From: Eledone cirrhosa
Taxonomy: Eukaryota
Assembly (NCBI GenBank): GCA_964016885.1
Contig: OZ024744.1
Location: 56,544,001 to 56,608,000, forward strand
Reading direction: 5' to 3'
DNA length: 64,000 nt
How positions within the stretch are numbered: position 1 is the first letter of the stretch; each line of letters opens with the position of its first letter. Positions 1 to 14,643 of the stretch are shown one piece after another. The notes beneath the pieces were generated by a model that made no database searches, was not told where the DNA came from, and was given only the letters and a program-made list of their open reading frames with translations. The translations under genes and the position numbers were made by a program.

Positions 1-1470
1 AGTGTGTCCAGAATGATAAAGGTGAGCTTTCCCTCACAAATGCTGAGAAGAAAGATGCGTGAAAGAACCATTATGAAAGATTACTAAATGAGGAGTATGC
101 ATGGGAGAAAGAGACTCTACTCCAAGTGGACCCTATCGAGGGGCCAGCAGTACAAGTCAGCAGCAGTGTAGTAAGGCAATCACAGATATGAAGACAGGGA
201 AGGCAACTGGTCCATTAGGTATAGCTGCTGAGATGCTGAAGGCATCTGGGTCGGTAGGTCACACCATAACCACCCGTATTGTTAACCAGGTAATACTAGA
301 GGGTGTCATACCAAAAGATTGGTGCAGCAGCATCATTGTCAACTGCTACAAGGGTAAAGGTGATGCACTAGATAGAGGAAACTATAGAGGTATAAAGCTG
401 ATGGACCAGGTCATGAAAGTAACGGAAAGAGTTATAGCACAGTTGATTAGGAACTGGGTAAAACTAGATGAGATGCAATTTGGGTTTGTGCCAGGAAAAG
501 GCACTGTACAAGCCATGTATAGGGGAGCAGTCATCAAAGTTAGGGTTAGCAATGACTATAGCGAGGAATGTAGCATACAGGTCGGTGTCAACCAGGACTC
601 TGTTCTTAGCCCTGAAGAGCTTAAGACCGGATGCCCATGGGAACTCCTGTATGCAGATGATCTCACACTTATAGCTGAAACTATAGTGGAACTAGAAGAA
701 ATTCTAAACATGTAAGCAGGGACTAGAAAGAAAGGGTCTCAAAGTCAACCTGACAAAGACTAAGGTTCTCGTAAGTAAACAGAACCCAGATCCCCTCAGG
801 GAAATGGCCTTGCTTAGTATGTAGGAAAGGTGTAGGTAGGAACTCCATCCTCTTCCCCAAATGCAAACAATGGGTACACAGGAGATGTAGTGGGATCTCA
901 GAAAGCTTAGTTAAGAATGTAGGCTTTACTTGTAGCAGATGCACCAGGACAGCAAGCAGCAAATGGCAACAGGAAACAAACACCACCAAAGTCTGGGAGG
1001 GCTCTGTAGAAATAGTAAACAGCTTCTGCTACCTAGGTGACCAAATTAACAGTGGAGGTGGGTGTTTTGAAAGTACAGTAATAAGGGTAAGAATGGGATG
1101 GAAGAAGTTCAAGGAGCTACTATCACTGCTAGCTGCAAAAGGCTTTTCTCTCAAAATGAAAGGCAGACTGTATGATGCATGCATACGGACAGCAATGTTA
1201 CATGATAGTGAGACCTGGGTGTTGTGTGTTGAAGACTTGCGTAGATTAGAAAGAAACGAAACTTGCATATAGACAATATGCCCCCACCCCCTCCCACTGC
1301 AAAGTGGATGTGTATGCGCCACGGCAAAAAAACACCCAGCCCACACTGTAAATGAGGTTGGTGTTAGGAAGGGCATCCAGCTGTAGAAATCAAACCAGAA
1401 TCAGTTCCCGTATGAACAAGGCATGGTCAGCCAACCGTGGAAGAACGGATGTAAAATGGTGATGATCATA
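1..1470 (+). mobile_element. Degenerate RTE-clade LINE (family A, PHD-in-RT type): RT fragment plus 3' UTR
   Basis: ORF 101-715 has KGKGDALDRGNYRGIKL, QFGF and LLYADDL; a Cys-rich finger follows at ~811-942, then FCYLGD. Internal deletions and stops. The 3' UTR motif ggtgttaggaagggcatccagctgtagaaa and a gat-type tail end near 1470. Homologous to 53626-55656. Confidence 0.9.
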
Positions 1471-1486
1471 AGGATCATATATACAT

Positions 1487-3925
1487 TTCTTCTTCTTCTT
1501 CTTCTTCTTCTTCTTCTTCTTCTTCTTCTTCTTCTTCTTCTTCTTCTTCTTCTTCTTCTTCTTCTTCTTCTTCTTCTTCTTCTTCTTCTTCTTCTCTTCC
1601 TCCTCTCCTCCTCCTTCCAATTATTCAATTATTCCTAAGATGGTCGTGGGGACAGAGCCTCAAACACTCCTTCCAGCAGGTCCTGTCAGAAACAACTATC
1701 TCCAACTGATCTGGCAGGATTACCAAGTGAGACCAGCCAAGCTCATGGATGTTATCCAACCATCTTGCTCGGGGATACCCCTGGGTCTCCTGTTGGTTGG
1801 CTTTGCCCATAAAATCTGTCCAGTGATTGTTTCAAGAGACATTCTAACCTCATGCCCATAGTATTGGAGCTGTGATCTCTCAATTTGGAGAAATAGTGGC
1901 TCTACCTGGCGTGATTCACTGATCTCTGAGTTATGCACTTTATTGAGTAACGTTGGTTCAAAGACCTTTCGGAGGAACCCCATTTCAGCCACTTGTATTC
2001 ATGATCATATTCTTTCAGTCATTACCCAAGATTCATAACCATAGGGAAGGTTTGGCACAAATACTGAATCGAAGATAGCAAGTTTGACTTTTACTCATAC
2101 TTCCTTTCTTCTGACTACTGAATGTTGAAGCTGGCTCATTACTGCAGCAGCTCCTGCAATTCTTGTTACTAATTCAGCCACCAGCCTTCCATCACTCATG
2201 AACATGACCCCGAGATACTTGAACTTCTGCACCTGCTTCTGAGGAACTCCACTCACATGAAGAGTGCACTGCATGGCCCTCTTTGAGAGGTAGAGTGTCT
2301 CAGTTTTCACAGCACTAATTTTCATTCCAGCCATGCAGCCATGCAGCACTCAGCATCAAGTGCAAGTTGGATATCACCTTCTGTCGACTTAAGTAACACC
2401 ATGTTGTCCTAAATTCCAGCTGACTGATTTTACACCCGCCAATCGTGATGAAACTTCCAACCCGGCTGTACATGTCAATCCTGTTCATGAAAATAATGAA
2501 CAGGAGAGGTGATAGCACACACTCTTGGTGGAGTTTGATTCCCACATTAAATCTTTTCGATTTAGCACCATTTATCTGAACAAAAAAACTCGAGCATTTG
2601 TATAGACAACATCAGGGCAGCAAGAAGCTGACCATCGATCCCATAATCCTGCAGAACATTCCACAGTAGGTCCTGAGGAATGCAGTCATATGCCTTTTTC
2701 AAGTCTGCAAAACAAGAATATACCTCTTGGCAGTAGTCCCATTGTTGAAGACCTGCTGTAGTGTGAATATTTGGTTGGCCGTGCAGCGTCCAGGGTGAAA
2801 ACCACACTATTCATCACCTAGCTTGGACTCGGCAATATCCCTACATCTCTTGGCTAGACACTTAGCATAGACTTTACTGAAGAGGCTTAACAAGGAGATC
2901 CCTCTGTAATTAGAATAATCTCTCTTGTCTACTTTTTTTAAAATTGGGATTATTACTCCCAAAAGCCATTACTTAGGTGCCTTTTCAGAGATCCAGGACA
3001 CCCAACACACATGAATCAGCCAGAGAATACATTCTCTATTTAAGGCTTTTAACATCTCTGGCTGATTTTCATCCTCCCCAGCGACCTTGCCACAGTTGTG
3101 CTCCTTAACTGCTCTTGTGACCTCAGCCTCCAAGAGATTAGTTACTGCTCCCAGATGCACCTCATGTACATCAGAAGATGCTGTTGTGATTGGGTTTAGG
3201 AGATCTGCAAAGTATTCTCTCCACTTTATGAGGATGTACCACCCTGAAGAGAAGAGAACCCCAGACTCATTCCTGATAGCTTCTTATTACGAAGTCAGCA
3301 GATGGTCTGCCAGAACACTTTATTTTCTGATCTGAAGTCGGATTCCAGCTTAACCCCAAAGTCCACCCATGTCTTATCATTGGAGGCCTTCTCTGTCTCT
3401 TCTGTGATTCCTTGTGCCTGTTTGTACCGCATATACAAGAAGGAGGACTTATTTCCAAGCCAAGCTTTGTAGATCTCATTCTTTGCTTGAATGGCATCTT
3501 TGATTTCTTGATTGAACCAAGGGGTCCTCTTCCCATCTGGCACTGCATCAAGCCTCTTTCGCCAGCAGCATTTAACAGCTGAAGCAGAAACTGATGAGCT
3601 GAACAATCTCCACTTTGTCTCAACATCCTCAGTTTGCTCTGGGAGTTCTCTGAATTTGGATGAAAAAGTATCTGCATACCTGGTCCTGACTTCCTTATCC
3701 ACGAATGCTTCCCACTTTATCCTGTAGGTCACCCTGAACCTGTCAGTTTTGTGGGCTTCTTTAGCTTTAGGTGTTCTCAAGCTGCAGATAACTAGAAAGT
3801 GGTCAGTTGACACCTCAGCCTCTCTCTTAACACAAACATCCAGCACAGAACTGAAGAGATCAGAGACAATAACACTATCAATTATTGATCTCTGTCCCTG
3901 ATACCCCTTATACCATGTATAAGGG
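1487..3925 (-). mobile_element. Degenerate RTE-clade LINE (family B, Expander/Rex3-like) with (GAA)n tail
   Basis: Minus-strand fragments: APE C-terminus (STDHFLV), FADLKKAYD, QECVLSPLLF, FKYLGVMF, RRPRGIP. The (TTC)n tract at 1487-1616 is the 3' tail. Same family as 30230-32830 (shared KAKEAHKTDRFR). Confidence 0.88.
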
Positions 3926-4570
3926 GAATTGCAAAATACACAATATATACATTCATATATATATATCGCTATTTCAGAGCACCAATTCTAATATATACAA
4001 ACATACATATATGCATACATATATATACATATCTATCTATCTATATGTGTGAGTGTGCCTATATATAACTTTCAAAGCACAGAGGAGTTATGAAATTCAT
4101 AGAAAATGTTGGAAACTCAAACACACAGAAAATAATTTTAATCACTGTTGGTTGCTTAGAAAAAGGTAAAATACTCCAACGGACAATAAAAAGGGCCAGT
4201 GGCCTCTATTAAGAATCAAACTTCATATCTTTCATGTGAATGTATATCATCAAATGCAGGTCTGAAATCCCATTTAAGATTGCATGATAGAAATCAATTT
4301 ACATGACATGAACAGAATTTGTGAGAAATTTGTGACAAAAGGTACAAGTGATCAAGTGGCCTTAAGAAATATGAAATTCACAGATTCACAGATTCAGGGA
4401 ATAAGACTTTAAGATCTTAACACGACTACTAAATTTGTCAAAAAACTTTTGCTTTATTACTGCACCTAAGAGCTGCTTGTGGACTCACAGTAGAAATCTT
4501 TCTACTTAATAAAATAAAGTGACAGCCATCATATATATATATAAATTGGTATTCGTGCTCCAACATAGTG

Positions 4571-4609
4571 TTATACAAATGGATGTACAATGTACATCCA
4601 TTTGTATAA
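4571..4609. repeat. Perfect 19-bp-arm palindrome
   Basis: ttatacaaatggatgtaca-a-tgtacatccatttgtataa. Confidence 0.9.
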
Positions 4610-5197
4610 TATGTACATTGTACATGTTGTATATCGAATAATATATGAGATGTTTATGAAAAACATTTGAAAAATATTTGAAAGCCTTTCGCTATAAATT
4701 CTTTAGATTGTGACCAACGTCCCACATTCTTGTTTCACCAAAACCAAGGGGAAGTAACTGCTGACATTGTTTCTTGCTTTTGGCGGTTTCAAGGCTTCAC
4801 ATCTACCTCACTTCTGCTGAGAATAAAGTAAGCCAGAGTCATTTAGACATTTTGTTTATGTATATGAGCTGCTTTGCTTTTCAACTTTCTGGCATTGATA
4901 AAAGAAATACCAGACAAATGCTTGCGCAACAGTCTTTCCTTCTAGCTGTCACATTCTGAATGTTCCACTCGTATTACATCAGGGTGGTAATATCTTACTA
5001 GTGACATATGAACATACCAACATAACTACTTCACATAATTCTATGAGCATCTGATGATGTCACGTGAGGCTTGTTAAAGATGTAACTATTGCATGATTAC
5101 TAACCAACATGTCATTAAAATATGTATTACACAATAAAACAATTATACAAACATAACTCTGTCTTAACACTATTTCATGAATGGAAACTCCATTACA

Positions 5198-8100
5198 CTT
5201 AGACATAGACAGACGCAGACACAAACACAGACAGAGGCACAGAACCAGACACAGACACAGAACAATACAGACACATACACAGAGTCAGACACAGACACAA
5301 ACTCATACACAGACAGATACAGACACAGACACAGACACAGACACACAGACACAGCCACAGACAGTCAGACACAGACACAGACACTGACACAGACACAGAC
5401 ACAAACACAGACACAGACACAGACAGCCATACACAGACACAGACAGGCACAGACAGACACAGACAGACAGACACAGACAGACACAGACGGACACAGACGG
5501 ACAGTCACAGACAGACACAGATACAGACAGATGCAGACACACACACACACAGAGACACAGACACAGACATATACTCAGACAGACACAGACACAGACAGAC
5601 ACATGCACATACACAGACAGACACAGACACAGACACAGACATACATCCACAGATACAGACAGACATACACAAACACAGACAGGCACAGACAGACACAGAC
5701 AGACAGAGACACAGACACACAGACACAGCCACAGACAGACAGACACAGACACAGACACAGACAGACATCCACAGATACAGACAGACATACACAAACACAG
5801 ACAGGCACAGACAGACACAGACAGACAGACACAGACAGACAGACACAGACAGACACAGACGGACACAGACGGACAGTCACAGACAGACACAGATACAGAC
5901 AGATGCAGACACACACACACACAGAGACACAGACACAGACATATACTCAGACAGACACAGACACAGACAGACACATGCACATACACAGACAGACACAGAC
6001 AGACACAGACACAGACACAGACAGACATCCACAGATACAGACAGACATACACAAACACAGACAGGCACAGACAGACACAGACAGAGACACAGACACACAG
6101 ACACAGCCACAGACAGACAGACACAGACAGACAGACACAGACAGACATCCACAGATACAGACAGACATACACAAACACAGACAGGCACAGACAGACACAG
6201 ACAGACAGAGACACAGACACACAGACACAGCCACAGACAGACAGACACAGACAGACAGACACAGACAGACAAACACAGACACAGACAGAGAGACACAGAC
6301 ACATACACAGACACAGACAGACACAGACACAGACACAGACACAGACGGACACAGACGGACACAGACGAACACAGACACAGACAGACAGACACATACACAG
6401 ACATACACAGACACACACATACACAGACAGACACAGACAGACACAGACACAGACACATACAGATACAGACAGACAGACACAGACAGACAGACAGATACAG
6501 ACAGACAGACACACAGACACAGACACAAACAGACAGAGACACAGACAGACACAGACAGACACAGACACACACACAGACACAGACACAGACACAGACAGAC
6601 ACAGACAGACACAGACACAGACACACACACAGACACAGACAGACACAGACAGACAGACACAGACAGACACAGACACAGACACAGACACACACACAGACAC
6701 AGACAGACACAGCCAGACACAGACAGACACAGACACAGACACACACACAGACACAGACAGACACAGACAGACACAGACAGACAGACACAGACAGACACAG
6801 ACACAGACACACACACAGACACAGACAGACACAGCCAGACACAGACAGACACAGACACAGACACACACACAGATACAGACAGACACAGACAGACACAGAC
6901 ACAGACACACACACAGACACACACACAGACACAGACAGACACAGACAGACACAGACACAGACACACACACAGACACAGACAGACACAGACAGACACAGAC
7001 ACAGACACAGACACACAGACAGACACAGACAGACACAGACAGACACAGACAGACACAGACACAGACACAGACAGACATCCACAGATACAGACAGACATAC
7101 ACAAACACAGACAGGCACAGACAGACACAGACAGACAGAGACACAGACACACAGACACAGCCACAGACAGACAGACAGACACAGACAGACAGACACAGAC
7201 AGACATCCACAGATACAGACAGACATACACAAACACAGACAGGCACAGACAGACACAGACAGACAGAGACACAGACACACAGACACAGCCACAGACAGAC
7301 AGACACAGACAGACAGACACAGACAGACATCCACAGATACAGACAGGCACAGACAGACAAAGACAGACAGAGACACAGACACACAGACACAGCCACAGAC
7401 AGACAGACACAGACAGACAGACACAGACAGACAAACACAGACACAGACAGAGAGACACAGACACATACACATACACAGACAGACACAGACACAGACACAG
7501 ACACAGACAGACACAGACGGACACAGACGGACACAGACGAACACAGACACAGACAGACAGACACATACACAGACATACACAGACACAGACAGACACACAC
7601 ATACACAGACAGACACAGACAGACACAGACACAGACACATACAGATACAGACAGACAGACAGACACAGACAGACAGACAGATACAGACAGACAGACACAC
7701 AGACACAGACACAAACAGACAGAGACACAGACAGAGACACAGACAGACACAGACAGACACAGACACAGACACAGACAGACACAGACGGACACAGACGGAC
7801 ACAGACGAACACAGACACAGACAGACAGACACATACACAGACATACACAGACACAGACAGACACACACATACACAGACAGACACAGACAGACACAGACAC
7901 AGACACATACAGATACAGACAGACAGACAGACACAGACAGACAGACAGATACAGACAGACAGACACACAGACACAGACACAAACAGACAGAGACACAGAC
8001 AGAGACACAGACAGACACAGACAGACACAGACACACACACAGACACAGACACAGACACAGACACAGACAGACACAGACACAGACACACACACAGACACAG

Positions 8101-8632
8101 ACAGACACAGACAGACAGACACAGACAGACACAGACACAGACACACACACAGACACAGACAGACACAGCCAGACACAGACAGACACAGACACAGACACAC
8201 ACACAGACACAGACACACACACAGACACAGACAGACACAGACAGACACAGACAGACAGACACAGACAGACACAGACACAGACACACACACAGACACAGAC
8301 AGACACAGCCAGACACAGACAGACACAGACACAGACACACACACAGATACAGACAGACACAGACAGACACAGACACAGACACACACACAGACACACACAC
8401 AGACACAGACAGACACAGACAGACACAGACACAGACACACACACAGACACAGACAGACACAGACAGACACAGACACAGACACAGACACACAGACACAGAC
8501 AGACACAGACAGACACAGACAGACACAGACAGACACAGACACAGACAGACAGACAGACACAGAGATAGGCAGACAGACACAGGCAGATACAGACAAAGAC
8601 ACAGACAGACACAAACACAAACAGACACAGAC
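5198..8632. repeat. 3.4 kb compound (CAGA/CA/CACAGA)n microsatellite with higher-order duplications
   Basis: Low-complexity array with recurring variant blocks (e.g. gacggacagtcac...catatactcagac at ~5500 and ~5870). Confidence 0.95.
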
Positions 8633-8647
8633 ATGCATACATACATA

Positions 8648-8756
8648 TCTACCTAGTTGATGTTGTGTAAATTCCAATGAGAGAGTCTTGTGTCTAAGTT
8701 AGAAACTGACTCTCTCTTTATTGGGAAAACATTGTGAAATTATAAAACCAGAAGAA
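8648..8756 (+). mobile_element. 3' UTR end of an R4/Dong element (same family as 11950-14356)
   Basis: acctagttgatgttgtgtaaattccaatgagagagtcttgtgtctaagttagaaactg matches ~14299-14356; ends in AA directly before (CATA)n. Confidence 0.7.
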
Positions 8757-8934
8757 CATACATACATACATATGTACATACATACATACATACATACGTA
8801 CATACATACATACATACATACATACATACATACATACATACACACATACATGTATACATACATACATACATACATACATACATACATACATACATACATA
8901 CATACATACATACATACATGTATACATACATACA
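8757..8934. repeat. (TACA)n microsatellite
   Basis: Direct observation. Confidence 0.95.
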
Positions 8935-11642
8935 AAAAAAAAGTTAGAGAGACGATTTGGAGATACAAAATTTAAAACTTTGAACTCCAAATTACACCAG
9001 TTGAAACAACAACTCACAGCTACAACAGAAAGACTAAAATATAAGTCAACAGCACATAAACGACAAGTGCTAAATAGATTGTTTGCCAGAGATCCTAAAT
9101 CAGTTTATCGCAGCTTCGGTGGCAAAAGCTCAATCCCTGTAAATGACACCCCTTCAAAAGAACAGGTTGAGAGCTACTGGAGATCTGTATGGGAAACGGA
9201 TGACGGATTCAAGAGACAAACTAATTGGCTAAAAGAACTGGAACAGAACTACTGCCAACATGTCCAGACAAAACAATATGACATAGATGGATCAATACTG
9301 GAAACAGCTCTACAGAAAATGTTGAATAGGAAATCACCAGGCCCAGACCTCATTACAGGATACTGGTTGAAGAATTTCACTTTCTATCGGCAAGATCTCA
9401 TACGGCTGTTTACAGAAACCATTAAAGACACACAAGAACTGCCCAGATGGTTATCAACTGCCTCTACTCTCCTCATTCCCAAAAATAGCCAAACCACCCT
9501 TGCTAAAAATTACCGCCCAATAGCCTGCCAAAACATCATGTATAAATTATATACTGGGTGCCTTAACCTGTTCTTACAGGATCACTGTGCTACCAACAAC
9601 ATCATAACACCTGAGCATGCTGGTGGAAAGAGGGAGGTGTGGGGTTGCATAGATCACCTACTAACTAATAAAATGATTCAAGAAAAAACAACAAAGAATC
9701 GCAGAAACATGACTGTGGTGTGGCTGGACTATCAAAAAGCATTTGATAGTGTACCTCATGGGTGGATTGTTAAGGCTTTACAGTTAGCCAAGGTCCCACA
9801 ACCACTGGTAGCTGCTGTTGAACGTCTGACCAAGAACTGGTACACCAATTTGATCTTAGAGGTGAGAAGGAGCAAGTTAAGACTGATAAGATACATTACC
9901 AGAAGGGCATCTTTCAGGGTGATAGCTTGTCAGTGCTACTCTTCGTTCTCTCACTAAATCCACTATCTTACCTACTCAGGAAACAAGGTGGACAAAGAAG
10001 TGGGTCCAGAAGTATCTCCCATCTTTTCTTTGTTGATGACCTGAAGTTGTATGGGCCAAATATCAATGACATCAAGAAACAATTGGACCTCATTACACAA
10101 TTTTCAACAGACATCAAAATGAGATTTGGTGAGTCCAAGTGTTCATATTTGGCAGTAAAATGTGGAAGAGCTGTGCCCTCCTCTAGAAATCTAGAGATGA
10201 ACGGCCTGACACTACAACCTCTACAGTCAGGTGACAACTACAGATATCTTGGACAGGATGAGAATGTCAGATATGATGGACCCATAAATAAGGAGAGAAC
10301 CAGAACTGAATACCTCTGAAGAGTAAAGAAAATATGGTCATCAGAACTGTCAGCATACAACAAATACATTGCCCACAATACCTATGCTGTGCCAATTCTA
10401 ACGCCAACATTTGGCCTACTGAACTGGTCATTGCAAGAACTAAGTGAGATGGATGTTAGAACTCGCAAACTTCTCAGTGTTACTGGGAACTTTAACATCA
10501 ATGGTGATGTGGATAGGCTATACTTCTCACGCAAGGAAGGTGGTCGGGGTCTAAAATCCATATTAACATCATATGAGACCCGGATAGTAACACTGAAGCA
10601 ACATCTGCAACAAAGGAAAAAGGTTGGCAACCATCTTGCCCAGGTTTATGAGCATGAAAAAAAATATATCATTAGAATAGCGACTGATCTGGAGGAGAGA
10701 TATGGAATAAAGCCTGATATAAATCTCTAACCCAGAGAAATCGGAAGATCCTATTCAATGTTCAAACAAGATGAAAAAATTGACCAATTTACAGAAAAAG
10801 TTGTGCATGGATACTTGAGACGTAAAACACAGACCATAGAGGGGATAAACCACTCAAAAAGCCTGGCATGGAGTTCTGACAGGTTTATGACATCACACCT
10901 TGAGGGATATCTCTATGCAATACAGGAACAAGAACTCCCTACCAAATATCTGCTGCACAAAAGGGGAGGGCCATCAGCTGACAATAAATGTAGGCTATGT
11001 AAAACAAAGATCGAGGATGTAAGCCACATTGTTGCCAGCTGTGAAAGAATGTCATCTCACTAATACCTCCCCATGAGACACGATGGGATAGCTAGAACCA
11101 TCTGGAACGCACTTCGGAAAACAAAATTAACAACAAATGAGGACGAATATATTGAGACAGATGGCACTAAGGAATACTGGTGGAACCTGAAAATAAAAAC
11201 TGCCACCAAATTAAAGCACAACCGGCCTGATATTGTTGTTTGGGACCACACATTGAAAACGTGTTCTGTTATGGAGATCAGCTGCCCACTTGATGTAAAC
11301 GTTGTCAGAAAAATACAGGAGAAGGAGGACATCTACGGACCATTGATGAGGAGTTTACAAATCCAGTATCCAAGATACACCTTTAGCTTCATACCCATCA
11401 TTATTGGAGCTACGGGTTATATACCAACCCGCTTGGACCAAAGTATGACTGAACTTGGATTTGCGAACAAAAAGCGCAGTTCCCTAATTCATAGTCTACA
11501 AATGGCTGCGATAGCTGGCACCTTCAAAATTTGCAAAATATTCTTGCGATTCAAGGGATGGCAATTTCTTTTCTATTACAACCTTGCCACCAGGAAGGTG
11601 GCCGGTCAAAATAATATACTCGAAATTAAGAGAAAGAGATAA
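8935..11642 (+). mobile_element. 5'-truncated R4/Dong-clade non-LTR retrotransposon (RT, CCHC, RLE), pseudogenised
   Basis: KSPGPD, NYRPIAC, WLDYQKAFDSVPH, LFFVDDLKL, GGRGL, CRLC...HIVASC, RHD, RPDIVVWD...EISCP, PIIIGATG. One frameshift (~9860-9930) and three in-frame stops. Flanked on both sides by (TACA)n. Confidence 0.92.
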
Positions 11643-11696
11643 CATGCATACATACGTACATACATACATACATACATGTGTACGTACATACATACA

Positions 11697-11727
<31 letters not shown>

Positions 11728-11788
11728 GTACATACATACATACATATGTACATACATACATACGTACATACATACATACATACATACA

Positions 11789-11819
<31 letters not shown>

Positions 11820-11949
11820 GTACATACATACATACATACGTACATACATACATGCATGCAAGCATACATACATACATACATACATACATACATACATACA
11901 TACATACATACATACATACATACATACATACATACATACATACATACAT
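11643..11949. repeat. (TACA)n microsatellite
   Basis: Direct observation. Confidence 0.95.
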
Positions 11950-12443
11950 GAAACTATGCCAAGAACATAAATGAGATGTAGGAAAATCTTGACCTGGTTA
12001 CAAAATTCTCAAAGGATATAGGAATGGAGTTTGGCCAGGATAAATGTTCATATATGATTGTAAATTGGGAAAAACTACAACCCAATCTAGCAACATTTCT
12101 ATCAATGGCTTAACTGTTTCACCAATATCTGATGAGGACTGCTACAGATACATGGGAATAGGTGAAAATATATTCCATGGTGGAACGTGTAACCAGAGAA
12201 TATAATATTCAAAGAAGAAAAATATAGTCTTTTGAACACTCTGCACACAATAAAACAGTGGTATACAATGTGTTTGTTGTATCTGTGTTGACACCAACAT
12301 TTGAAATACTCAACTGGACGATAGATGAAATCCAAGCCATCAATGTTAAAATCGGAAAATCTTAACCAACACTGGAAATTTCTACATCAACAGTGACATA
12401 GACTGTGTCTACCTGAGACATAAACATGGAGGCAGAGGCTTAA

Positions 12444-12682
12444 CCTGTTAAGTGCCGTGCTTTTTTTCAGTAAAATGACTATTTTTTTTAAACAAACATT
12501 TATTAACAACACATATCTGAATGAATGACAAATGCCACATCAATAAACTAGTAACCTCATCTAGCTTTGAAGTTATGAACTTTTGGAAAAGAGTTCAAAC
12601 ATGTTAGGATGAATTATCTTGTCCGTGGCACTGGAATGCATACATGTTAGGATGAGTTATCTAGCCTACGGCACAGAAGATG
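12444..12682. mobile_element. piggyBac-type MITE
   Basis: TTAA duplicated at 12440-12443 and 12683-12686; imperfect TIR sharing gtgccgt/acggcac; removal restores the Dong reading GGRGL-TSVQTAFE. Confidence 0.75.
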
Positions 12683-13555
12683 TTAACATCAGTCCAGACA
12701 GCATTTGAGTGTTGCATTATATTCCTCCAACAACATCTATGAACCTCCAAGTGTAGGAGCTCATTTATTGAACAATTATTGTGTATGTGAGACAGATAAC
12801 ATCATAAGATTTGGGTGGGATCCCTTGAAAAATACTACCTGAATGATAACCAAAATCTCACACCCAGGGAAATTGCACAGCAATACCACAATGAATCTAT
12901 GGATGAAAAACTGCATGCTTATCAGCAAAGAATCATTCATGGATATGTTGCCAGGAAGCTCCAGAGTGAGAGTAATATAGATAAAGAAAGTACTCTATCT
13001 TGGACCAACAACCGCTATATTGGCTCCCACTTTGAAGGAGATACTTTTGCAATTCAAGAACAGGAAATCAACACAAAATACCTGATCCACAAAAAAGATA
13101 GGGATGCAGGCAAAACACCTAGATGTGACAACGAATGCAGACTCAGCAGAATTAACATCAAGGATGTCACTCATATTATAAGCAGTTGTCCAAAGATGTC
13201 ATTGTGGTACTATCTACCTATGAGACATGACGTAGTGGCCCAAACACTGTACAATGTAATCCATAGAAATGAGAGCCCCGACAATAAACATATTAAAAGT
13301 TACAGCAGTGTGGAGGACATATATATACATAATACTAAAAAGTACTGGTGGAATGTTCCAGTAAAAACCCCCAATAAGATTTAAACATAACAGACCAGAC
13401 ATAGTGACATAGGACAGAGAAAAGAAGGCATGCACAGTAGTGGAAGTTAGCTACCCAACAGATGTTAATATAATGCTGAAGATTAGTGAAAAGAAGAATA
13501 TTTAAGCTGAACTAATGATGAATCTGCAGATACTCCATCCTGACTATAGCTTTAA

Positions 13556-13776
13556 CCCTTTAGCATTTACATTTCTCTATATATATTACTATATTTTCAC
13601 GGTAAAGGATTTACCTCTCATAATTATCTCACATAATATCAAATCTATGAGATTTTGATATTATTTATTTTGTGAACAATACCTTAACATCAGTATGATT
13701 GGCTGGTTATGGCTGGTTTGAACAGAAAGAGGGGAGAGAATTCTGGCTGGATACGGCTGGTTTAAATGCTAAAGTG
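13556..13776. mobile_element. piggyBac-type MITE
   Basis: TTAA at 13552-13555 and 13777-13780; TIR ccctttagcattta / taaatgctaaagtg (13/14); removal restores PDYSF-KFLPVII. Confidence 0.85.
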
Positions 13777-13859
13777 TTAAATTTTTACCTGTGATTATAA
13801 TCATAGGTAAAAGTTTATTTATTGGATATCCAATAATTATTGGATATCCTTTAATTGGA

Positions 13860-14090
13860 TCTGCACAACACATGCCAGGACATCATCTCTATCAATGGAA
13901 AATTAAAGACAGCCTAGCATGTGACTGTGTGGACCCTAACAAGACAGTGCTGCATGTTGTTCAGGATTGCCCCCTCAGATGTTTTCCCGGTAGCCTAGAG
14001 GCAATCCATAATACTAAAAATGACACCTTACTCTTACTTACCAATCTTGATCTCTAACCATTGTGCATATGTCATATGACAAGAAGAAGA
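13860..14090 (+). mobile_element. 3' fragment of an Ingi/Vingi-like LINE
   Basis: C-terminus GHHLYQWKIKDSLACDC...TVLHVVQDCPLRCFPG...LTNLDL* (CCHC), short UTR and (aag)n tail; the Dong ORF resumes after it. Clade assignment is from motif recall. Confidence 0.55.
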
Positions 14091-14250
14091 TTGGGTCTCT
14101 TGGTTATGTTACTAACTGCCTCAGCACAAATCTTGAGAAGCTGGGGTTCACAGAACCAGAAAGGGCACAGCTAGTTAGGAAGTTGCTTATACACTTATAT
14201 AGACACAGAAACATATGTACGTGTACACATATAACTACAAACATGCAGAT

Positions 14251-14284
<34 letters not shown>

Positions 14285-14356
14285 TTATGTATGTATTTAC
14301 CTAGTTTAAGTTGTCTAAATTTCAATGAGAGAGTCTTGTGTCTATGTTAGAAACTG

Positions 14357-14643
14357 TGTAGGTGCCCCAATAAAATACATCTAATACACACTGTAAAATG
14401 GTAGTGTAGGTGCCCCAATAAAATACACCCAGTACACACTGCAAAATGGTAGTGTAGGTGCCCCAATAAATACACCAAGTACACTCTGTAAAGTGGCAGT
14501 ACAGGTATCATGATAAAACACATCTAAAGGAAAGACATTCAGCTGTAGAAACGATGTCAAAATTTGGAATGTATGAGCATTATATAGTTATCAGACCATG
14601 GCAACCCATCCAACCCATGCCAGCATGGAAAGTGGACACTAAA
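14357..14643 (+). mobile_element. Diverged RTE family A-like 3' UTR with ~48-bp internal tandem units
   Basis: Three gtgtaggtgccccaataaa...acactg units, then cagctgtagaa and caacccatgccagcatgga motifs. Confidence 0.6.

Larger units (their letters stand above)
11950..14356 (+). mobile_element. Older 5'-truncated R4/Dong element with three nested insertions
   Basis: Starts just after the catalytic DD (...LDLVTKFSKDIGMEFGQDKCS); then HGGRGL, SHFEG..FAIQEQEI, HIISSC, RHD, RPDIV, IGSLGYV. Many frameshifts. Confidence 0.85.

Noticed and set aside
5177-8677. ORFs of 899-1159 aa ([12 protein letters not shown]-rich)
   Set aside because: Translations of a microsatellite that lacks stop codons; open in several frames on both strands.
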